Positions 13,095 to 22,021 of a DNA stretch of 64,000 nt are shown in pieces (within the stretch, counting starts at the first letter, position 1; every line of letters begins with the position of its first letter). Position numbers and translations under genes: made by a program. Source of the DNA: Lepidodermella squamata (Eukaryota; Animalia; Gastrotricha); assembly GCA_047495785.1 (NCBI GenBank), contig JBLDXI010000019.1, forward strand, positions 620,001 through 684,000. Direction: 5' to 3'. The notes below the pieces were generated by a model. That model saw nothing but the letters and a program-made list of their open reading frames with translations, made no database searches and was not told where the DNA came from.

Positions 13095-14105
13095 ATGTTT
13101 GGATTCATCACAATTCGACACCGGCCTTTGTTTAATACCTTGTTGTCGGTTAGCATTTGTTTCTTCATCGGCTCGTTCATCTCACTTGTTCTGCTTCGAA
13201 CAAAACCTGATTGGGTTTTCGGCCTCATTTTCGCCCTGGCAAGAGGCAGCCTGTCAACCTATGGATCGAGCAACAATTACTACACGGAAATCAATTGCCA
13301 ATCAGCTGAAAAATTTCAAGAAAAACAGATAAAAGTCGGAGTTCTTATCGTTGCGTTGGGGAAATACGCCGATTTCGCGAAAAATCTCGTCGAGTCATCG
13401 CGATACAATTTTCTAAACCAATCCGGCTATCAAGTTACCTACTTCATATTCACCGATAAACAACCGCAATTAGCCGCCTCGCTACAACTAGGTCATGATG
13501 ACGTCGTTTTAATTGCCCAACAACGCCGAGGCTGGCCTTACGACTCGATGCTTCGATGTTCGATGTATTTAGAAAACAAGGCGATGTTCCTCGAGAGGCA
13601 AATCGACTACCTTTACCAAATCGATGCCGATGTCAAATTTGTCGGCCAAGTCGGGCCGGAATTTATCGGTGATCTAGTCGCGATTCAACATTTTCAATTC
13701 GTCGGTCAAGATCGATCTGAATTTCCGTACGAACGCCGCGCGGATAGTCGAGCAACTGTTGGCTACCACGAAGGCTGGACCTATTTTACCGGGGCGATTT
13801 ACGGCGGTACCCCGTGTCGGATGTTTCATTTGTGGCGGTGGATGATTGAGAGTGTTCAGGTCGATTCGCGAAGTGGCATTGTGCCGATTTATCACGATGA
13901 AAGCTACCTCAATAGGTACTTAATCGACCACCCTCCTATCACCGTTCTCAGCCCTACTTACTACTGCAAAGAAAGTCAGTTTAAAAAGGTTCCAAAATCT
14001 CTAACTAAATTTAATTTCTTTTCAGATGATTGTTCGTGGTGGACTCATTACCCGATGAAGATCGCCTTTGTTGATAAGAAGAACGACGAAATTCGCAAAC
14101 TTTAA
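13095..14105 (+). CDS. Glycosyltransferase family 6 (ABO / alpha-1,3-Gal(NAc) transferase-like), type II membrane protein
   Basis: N-terminal TM, then VGVLIVALGKY, VTYFIFTD, WPYDSMLR, DYLYQIDADVKF (DxD), FPYERR..SRA, YFTGAIYGG, HDESYLNRYL and VLSPTY. Probable 51-nt intron 13975-14025. Confidence 0.9.
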   Translation: MFGFITIRHRPLFNTLLSVSICFFIGSFISLVLLRTKPDWVFGLIFALARGSLSTYGSSNNYYTEINCQSAEKFQEKQIKVGVLIVALGKYADFAKNLVESSRYNFLNQSGYQVTYFIFTDKQPQLAASLQLGHDDVVLIAQQRRGWPYDSMLRCSMYLENKAMFLERQIDYLYQIDADVKFVGQVGPEFIGDLVAIQHFQFVGQDRSEFPYERRADSRATVGYHEGWTYFTGAIYGGTPCRMFHLWRWMIESVQVDSRSGIVPIYHDESYLNRYLIDHPPITVLSPTYYCKESQFKKVPKSLTKFNFFSDDCSWWTHYPMKIAFVDKKNDEIRKL

Positions 14106-14190
14106 TTTTAGCTCCAATGAATAAATTGCTGAATTGATTTTTTATTATCGATTTTTTTCCCAATGAAAGTGCGTCAAATTTCGGAAGGTT

Positions 14191-15032
14191 TCAGTCATTT
14201 CTCACAACAACCAACAGGCAGTTGATGTCTTTCGGATCTTCATAGCACGTGAGGCCGAGATGCCGTCGGATGAAATCAGCTATGCGCCATTTCAACCGCC
14301 CGGTTTTACCGAAATGCTGGCATTGCCTCGAGTGATTGGTCCTTAATCGATCTCCTGTAATTATCTTTGCGTAATTGTAATTGGTACCATCAGTTTCCAG
14401 CCTCACTTCGACATAGGCCTTGGCTTCGTCGAGATTCAGCCAAGTTAGATCGATTTCATTCAAGGGTCGATCTTTGTTGTAGGCGAGTTGAATGCACTGC
14501 GCGGCTTGGCTGTTAGCCAAATCGCGATGCTTGAACAGACCACTGTTGTGATAATAAATCGCTGATTTTCTGAAACACCTGGCTCGTTCTAAAAGTTCAA
14601 CTGAAAACAATATGAACAATAAATTTTTAATTTTTAATATAATTCTGGTAAATTCTCACATTTTGATGAGCAAATTTTAACAGGTTCCTGATCGGTAATT
14701 TCTGCCTGCTCAACTATCGGAGTTGGGTCGGTATGAATAGTTGGCCTCAGCAAATCATTTTTGCTATTTTTCGAGTGATAAGTGAAGAAAAATGCTGTTG
14801 AAATTAGTCCGAGTAGCAGAAATAGGAAGAAAATGCCTTTGAGCAGGAATGGCCAGAGTGATCCGGACGAAAGCAGGTAAATAACCAGAATGAACCCAGA
14901 AATGAAGAAATAGTAATGGTCCGATTGGATGAGGGAGCTATTTTGCGATTGTTTGACCCGCTCATTTTCTTTTATATTAGGATTCGACGATGAATTCTCT
15001 CCAGCAGTAGAGTAAAAAATATCTCCCAACAT
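14191..15032 (-). CDS. Membrane-anchored DUF1771 + Smr-like domain protein; 2 exons
   Basis: Exon 1 has two hydrophobic segments; intron ~14660-14601. Exon 2: RDLANSQAAQCIQLAYN...EIDLTWLNLDEA...AKIITGDRLRTNHS...GRLKWRIADFI...DINCLLVVV matches the DUF1771-Smr layout (DLHG...ITG.G.HS...LK..V...N.G.L.V). Confidence 0.7.
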
Positions 15033-16156
15033 TGTGCCTAGAAGGATTTTGTGAAATACATCATAAAAAATAGCCCGTCAATCAAAGGTAAATACGGTCA
15101 GCTCATCAATTAATAATTGCTAAGGTCCTAACCACGATTGATTAAAACAACACCATCAAAAATTACGCGAAATTTTAAATGCAAAATGCAAGTATTGAAT
15201 TCTTAGCTCTACACAGTGGTACATAAACTGCGAGCACTCTGCGCTATAAAACTTGCTCCACACAGCGGAAAATCGACGACATATAGTAGTGGGGTTTACT
15301 ATATGAACCATCGTTTTGTCATGCGTATTACAAATGATGTATGTATATAATTTGTTTGGCATATACTGTATATAGGCGAAGCCGGATATAATGTAAATTT
15401 ATATCGAAAGGATGCGTTTCTCATCACTGCTGATGTGCCTCCGCGTGTGATCTGATCGTCCGCGCGCGCGCGCGCATCATTTATTTGGATCAACGCACAA
15501 CAAGCCGCTCAAAATTGCGCGACGCTAACTGCTTTTCGAGCCCCTTGCGGGCAGACGCGACCCGTCAACGGAAGCGGTGATTGAATCTCAAGTTCGCACA
15601 AAATGTTTACATCTTCGAAAATCAAATGATAATAGGATTATTCGATGATAATTTTAGGGCCATTAAAAATGACAAAAACACAATTAAAATATTGAAGGAA
15701 CATAGGATTTTCCTAATTTTTCTTGAATTTGATGTTCAAAGGAAAGAGTTACTTCACCCTTGATTCAATTCGAATATAAAATTGTCAAATTTAAATTATT
15801 TTTCACGATTATCATGGATGATGTCAGTCTTTCCTTTCGGCTTTCAAATTCGCCTAAAATTAGGATATTCCACAATCCTATATTTTCGATAAACAGCTAT
15901 TTCCTTATTACCTTGGAGATCGGCTTATGAATCGCAAATGTTCCCGTGAAAAAAAAATAAAAAAATCAAAGTCATGTAACCCCTGACGTAAAAGCAAGCT
16001 CTTCGGTTAGGTTAATTTTATTGAAATGTCTAATTATCGCGAGACAGAAATGAAAATCATAACTTCAAAGGAGAACGAATGACAATGAAATTAACAGCAT
16101 ATTTTATAATAATTAAAGGCAGTAATAAGCTAATAAAATAAGCGTTTAATTATTGC

Positions 16157-16831
16157 TTATTTATCTTTAGTGCCATCGCCACCCAAACTGACAATAATGC
16201 TGCCAGGCGAAAGTGGGTCATCCTCGCATTTTAGGCCGAGCGTCTTCTTTACAAACTGGGTCATCGGTTTGTACAGGCGTGTTGACGTTTCGCCAGTCAA
16301 ATTATTGCCTAGGACCAGTGTTAGTTTATCGCTATCATCACGCTTCTTCAAGTCATCAACGCGTTGTTTGACAAACCGCTCAGCCTCGTCGACGAACAAC
16401 TCGCGTAAGTCGAGTTCGTGCGGCGGGCGGTGTTTGTTGTAAGTCTCGAAGAAGAGCTCAGCGGCCTCGCGGTTTTTAAGGTCGCGCAGTTGCGTGAAGT
16501 TACGCTGGTGGAGCAGCAGCGCCTCGACTCGCATTTCTCGCGCTTGAGCCAGCTTCTCGTCGTCGATATCGACAGACGGAGTCGAGGCTGACAATTGCCG
16601 GCGTCGTCTTACGCCATCAGCAGGTGACATTGTAGGCGGCTTGGGGACGGAAATGTTATTCTGCAAGACCTCGCCATCCTTCTTTTTGCTTTGATTCGCT
16701 TCCTCAAATCGCTTCTGACTTTCGTCCTCCCCGCCGTAGTAAAGGAAGGACAGAAATGAAATTATCCCAACGATGAGCGGGACAAAAAATGCGAATGAGA
16801 ATGATGAGTTGAAAAATTCTTCGAGCATCAT
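16157..16831 (-). CDS. Membrane-anchored DUF1771 + Smr-like domain protein (degenerate motifs), single exon
   Basis: N-terminal TM (FAFFVPLIVGIISFLSFLYY); RDLKNREAAELFFETYN...ELDLRELFVDEA...LTLVLGNN...SPGSIIVSL; paralogous to 14191-15032. Confidence 0.7.
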   Translation of the reverse strand: MMLEEFFNSSFSFAFFVPLIVGIISFLSFLYYGGEDESQKRFEEANQSKKKDGEVLQNNISVPKPPTMSPADGVRRRRQLSASTPSVDIDDEKLAQAREMRVEALLLHQRNFTQLRDLKNREAAELFFETYNKHRPPHELDLRELFVDEAERFVKQRVDDLKKRDDSDKLTLVLGNNLTGETSTRLYKPMTQFVKKTLGLKCEDDPLSPGSIIVSLGGDGTKDK

Positions 16832-17187
16832 GCGAAAAGTAGATTTTTTGGTGAATTAATTCGAGAAAATTCTTTCGGTGCGATTGCTGTTTTATGAAGC
16901 TGAAGGTGTAAGCAAGAAATGACGTGGCCATATGATCGATTTTTCGTCTGTAAGTGCGTTGCCGCCTGTTTTACCGATAATCCATTGTTTGACGGCCACC
17001 TTAACGTGAGAAATTATTTGCCTAGCTCAATAACTTGGTTTATGAATTAGCTAATGATCAAATTATCGAAAATCACCAGTCGGTTCTAGCATAAAATATG
17101 TACCTTTAATTAATTGCTTAATAGTTACCCTTCACCTTTCAATTATCGATCAATCACTACTAATTTCGCTAGTCTTATCGAGTTTTT

Positions 17188-18331
17188 CTAATTATTTTCG
17201 ATAATATTCTTGATCCAGTCGAGGAAGAACCCGATTCGAGTGAAAACAGGGGGTCGTAGCCCTTCGCATGCAGCTTCACCGAATGAAACAAGCCCAACCT
17301 GCATAGCCTTGCCAGTTTTTTTATCGACCCAGGTAGCAGGACCACCTAATATTCATTGAATAAGTAAAATGATAATGAAAATCCTTTGAACTTGGAGGTT
17401 TACCTGAATCTCCATTGCAAGGGGCCATTCCGTTGTCGCCGTATGCGCACATCATGCCATCTCTCCACATGTAGGATCCCTGAAGCGAATTTTCATTAAA
17501 AACCGAAAAAGAGATTTCAGCGTTCGGGGATCTTACCCACATGCGCTTGCAATGGCTTTCTTGTTGGTATGTCATCTTGACGAACTGAAGAATTTCAGGG
17601 TAAGTCTTGGTAGCGTCTGTGAAGAAAAATTCCCCAATTTCGCGAATATTTTTCGTAATTTTCAACAAACTTTTCCCGGGCGACATGTTACCCCAACCGG
17701 CTACCTGAATCGGTTGGTAGTCCAAGTTCGTGTCATCGGAGTGGGGTAAGCAAATTCGATTAACATATGGTGATGAAAAATCAATCTTTTTTAAGCAAAA
17801 TTAAGGACTAAAACGAGAGATTTTTTCTGCAGATATTTACCTTGCCCTTAATCTTGATCAAGCCGATATCGTTTGCCTTATCCGAGCTTTTCGGAACGTA
17901 TTTGTCATGGACGAAGAATTTTTCGAGTTCGAACTCCTGAGCTTCAGGTTCATTAGTACCGGCGCTAATGTTGAGAGTTCCGACCCGGATTCTAAACATA
18001 GACACTGTGTCTCCCCTGCGAAAAAATTCAAACTGAATATAATGAGATTTTTATCGATGAATATCAGCTCTCACGGTTCGAAGCAGTGACCTGCGAGCAG
18101 GATCCATTGGTCATCTAAAATCGAACCCCCGCATGAGGGCTTGAACCTTCCAGATGAAGCTCGCCACATCATGTTAGCAATCCATGGAAACTGGCCTTTT
18201 TGAGCATTAGAACCGCCAATAATGCGGGATTGAGGAACTTTGACCAGACCACATCCATCTGCATTCAAACCAGCTTGGACAAATGAATATCCCAGCAAGC
18301 TGGTAATCAAAGCTGGTAATAATGTCTTCAT
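17188..18331 (-). CDS. Secreted S1A serine protease (non-tryptic specificity likely); multi-exon
   Basis: Signal peptide, CG...R-IIGG activation site, WILLAGHC (His), NDIGLIK (Asp), APCNGDSGG (Ser), final exon PPVFTRIGFFLDWIKNII. The residue-189 equivalent is Ala, not Asp. Confidence 0.9.
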
Positions 18332-19151
18332 TACAGTCGGAGTTAGGATTGAAAGAAATGAAATGGCTAATAGATCCTTATATTGTTTTTATTTGGAGGA
18401 GAATGGCCTGATGAGGGTGGAAAAATGGCTAAATGGCCTGAGAAAGCCATGTGATACTGATAAAAATGGAATAAAGGCTACACCTTTATCGATAGTCGTG
18501 GGCTCCGGGTTCACATAGTGCCGCACGATTGTGTGGTAATGGATCCGAGCTGACTCATAGCGTTGACACACCGGTTCCTTTACGATTGATTCTTCAGGAT
18601 TCCGTGCTCAGGAATTTTTATTTTTCCAATTTTATGAGAGATTCGAGCTAAAACTGTTGTCACGAAGGCCTAGCGCGTGCCCATCAAAAATTGTTTGTCA
18701 CATTTCTTTTACGATTTTTTTCCAGTCAAATCATGTGAACAATCCACAGCCGTAGCTTGCGTACTACATACCTTAATCTTTCTACATTTTTAAAAGCTGA
18801 TATTAATAAGCTTCACCATATAATCTTTTCATTGATGGGGATTCTTGCTTTGTCCCATATCTAGTATATTGGTATCTGCCGCCCTAGAATTTAGTGACAT
18901 GTCTGCAAAAACTGATATCTTGTCAAACTTCCCTATATGGTACCTGCGCATCAAACATTTATTACTATTATAACTTGAGTATTGACATTTCTGCGCAAAA
19001 AAATTGATTACACAGTGCTGCGTTGGGTATTAAAGCCTGATAATATATGGCAGTACTATACGCATTTTGGGTCTAGCGTACTCTTTATTATTAATTCTTA
19101 CAGGCTAAAACCGAGCTTTTCGTTTCAGCTATATAGAATTTAAACTTGAAA

Positions 19152-20105
19152 ATGAATACTCAACAGTGGAGCATTGAGGATAAAGTTTGCATCGTAACAG
19201 GATCAAATGCTGGTATCGGCAAACAGACTGTGCTCGAACTGGCCAAACGCCGAGCCGGTAAAATCATCATGGCCTGCCGAAATACTCAAGCCGCCGAAGA
19301 TGCCGCTGCTGAAATTCGGGAAAAAGCTGGTTTGATAACCGAGGAAGACAAGAGACGGCTGGTTGTCAAAAAGCTCGACCTATCCAACCTCGAATCTGTC
19401 CGCCAATTCGCAGCTGATATCATCGCAAATGAGCCTGTTTTACATGTTTTGATAAACAACGCCGGGCTTGAAAGTCCTAATGAAAAGCTATTTTCAGCCG
19501 ATGGTTACGAGCTCACCTTTGCGACTAATCATTTAGGTATAATTTTAATCGATTTTTATTCCTACTTAAAAATTAAATTTTCAGGGCATTTTTTGCTGGT
19601 TAATTTGCTGAGTGATTTGTTGAAAAAATCAGCGCCAAGTCGTGTCGTGATTGTCGCGTCTCTTATGCATAAACGGACGAAGCCTGGAGGTATTGATTTA
19701 GTTGATCCGAACCAAGAAAATCGCAAGTACGACGGCATGCGGTCTTACTGCCAGTCGAAATTGGCGAACATCCTGCACGCTCGAGAACTGAACCGCCGTA
19801 TCAACGCGACTCAACCTTCAGATAAGCAAGTCTCCGTGTTTTCGCTGTGCCCTGGCTTTGTCAAGACAGATTTCGCGAAGTACCGCCGATCATGCTTTCT
19901 CGGCTGTCTGATGAAAACCATCGGGATAAGCGTGGAGAGTGGGGCTAAAACAAGTGTTTACTGCGCGTGCCAGCCTGGCATTGAGCAGCATTCCGGGCTG
20001 TTTTTCCAGAAGGCTAAATTGTCAGAAGCTGCTACCGTCGGCCGCGATGACGCCGCTGCGGCTGCGTTGTGGGAGCTTAGCGAGAAACTTGTTGCTAAGA
20101 AGTAG
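19152..20105 (+). CDS. Short-chain dehydrogenase/reductase, retinol dehydrogenase 11-14-like; 2 exons
   Basis: VTGSNAGIG, LINNAG, FATNHLGHF, YCQSKLAN (YxxxK). 48-nt intron 19537-19584. Confidence 0.92.
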   Translation: MNTQQWSIEDKVCIVTGSNAGIGKQTVLELAKRRAGKIIMACRNTQAAEDAAAEIREKAGLITEEDKRRLVVKKLDLSNLESVRQFAADIIANEPVLHVLINNAGLESPNEKLFSADGYELTFATNHLGIILIDFYSYLKIKFSGHFLLVNLLSDLLKKSAPSRVVIVASLMHKRTKPGGIDLVDPNQENRKYDGMRSYCQSKLANILHARELNRRINATQPSDKQVSVFSLCPGFVKTDFAKYRRSCFLGCLMKTIGISVESGAKTSVYCACQPGIEQHSGLFFQKAKLSEAATVGRDDAAAAALWELSEKLVAKK

Positions 20106-20841
20106 AGAATATTTCAGTTCGGAGCAAGTGCTATTTATTTTATGCAACATTTTTCGATCAAATTAAATAAAGCTGTTGATTTTACGTTTATTGGTTTTCG
20201 GTTTCTAATGTTAGCGAGCGGCAGATTCAGACAAGGCCACGTTTTTCGAAGGTTAAAGATACATTTTCGCTTGGTAAATTCTGATATGTTGACCAAAAGT
20301 GGGCACGAAGATTCCAAATTTTTCTGCTAATTTTGAAATTTTTAGAGGGCATTCACATTGGCGGTTAATTTACCTACGATTTTCAGTTTCAAGATTCGCC
20401 CTTGAAATTTGAGCCGAATTCGGAAGAAAATTGAGAGCAGATCATTTATGCATTAAAAAAGGACATTCTTCTGGGCTTTAGTCCAATTTTACCGGATACC
20501 AGAACTTTAAGTCGAACATGAATTTTTCCTTTCGGCGGCCGAATGATGCAAGTCGTGAACCTGCGATTAGACTCAATTTAGCCTCTCAATCCTATTTAAG
20601 TAAGGCGGCATCATCTGAGAGTCTTATGTTTCGTATACATCTCGCCTCACACGGTGTTTGCATTCATGAATAGTAAGAAATTGATTACACAGTACTGCCT
20701 TGATCTGATAATACTATAGCAGTAGCAGTATTCCTATATTATTCTACGCGATACGCGTAGTAGTAAGGCTTTTCATACTTTTTATACCTTTCAGCCAACT
20801 GAAAGCACGCAATTCTAGGTTAAATAACGTATGATAAAAGA

Positions 20842-21792
20842 ATGGCTGCCCAGCAGTGGAGCATAGAGAACAAAGTTTGCATTGTGACTGGCTCGAACAC
20901 GGGAATCGGCAAGCAGACAGCACTCGAGCTGGCCAAGCGTCGAGCTGCAAAGGTCATTCTCGCCTGCCGAAATCTGCAAGCTGCTGAAGAAGCCGCTGCT
21001 GAAATCAGACAAAAAGCAGGCCTCAGTGATGCAGATGGAGCGAAACGAGTTGTAGTCAAACATCTGGACCTGTCTTCGCTTGATTCGGTTCGAAAATTCG
21101 CTGCCGATATCAATGCTACTGAGCCGGTTTTACATGTTTTAATTAACAATGCTGGCCTTGAAAATCCGAACGAGAAAAAGCTGTCGGCTGATGGTTATGA
21201 ACTGGTCTTCGCGACGAATCATCTTGGTTAGAAATTATGGATAAAATGAGAAATTTTTCAACAAACGAGATTTATTTCAGGTCATTTTCTGTTGACGAAC
21301 TTGCTCACTGACCTTCTGAAGAAATCTGCCCCAAGTCGAGTTGTTATAGTGGCGTCAACTCTCCATTTTCGAACTTGGCCTTCCGGTATTGACCTCGAGG
21401 ATCCAAATCAGGAAAAACGGTCATACAACGGCGATAGGTCTTACTCCCAGTCGAAACTCGCCAATATTCTTCACGCAAGAGAGCTCAACCGCCGCATCAA
21501 CGATAACCCTGATAAGCCTGTTTCTGTTTTCTCCCTGTGCCCGGGCTGGGTGAGCACCGATCTCGCGAGAAACCGGGGTAGCTGCTTGCAATGGATGATG
21601 AGGAATATGGCGATCAGCATCGAAGAAGGGGCGAAAACGACGTTGTACTGCGCTTGCCAACCTGGAATTGAACAACAATCGGGTGAACACTTTCAGAAGG
21701 AGAAATTATCAAAGGCTTGGTCTGTTGGTCGTGACGATAATGCTGCCAAAGCATTGTGGGAACTCAGCGAGAAATTTGTAGCTAAAAAATGA
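20842..21792 (+). CDS. Short-chain dehydrogenase/reductase, RDH11-14-like, tandem paralogue; 2 exons
   Basis: VTGSNTGIG, NNAG, YSQSKLAN. Intron ~21227-21280 at the same position as in the neighbour. Confidence 0.92.
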
Positions 21793-22021
21793 AAAAATGA
21801 ATACTTCATTCGTAAAGTTATCGCATCGTTGCCTGTTATCATCGTTATCAATGACATCACTTGAATGATTCTTGGCCATGTTCAAAATGGCTTCAATAAA
21901 GAAACAAAAAGTCGTATCCGAATTTTCGGTATTTTATTAGTTCTTGAATGAGCTTAATATCGCAAAGCAAAATTTCATTTTATGATCCGATCAAAAATTG
22001 CAAGTTAGGTTAGAAATGTGT

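Noticed and set aside
5106-19584. Several stop-free introns with lengths divisible by three (5106-5159, 11082-11135, 13975-14025, 19537-19584)
   Set aside because: They are visible mainly because the ORF track reads through them. With dozens of ~50-nt introns a handful is expected by chance, and there is no evidence of retention.
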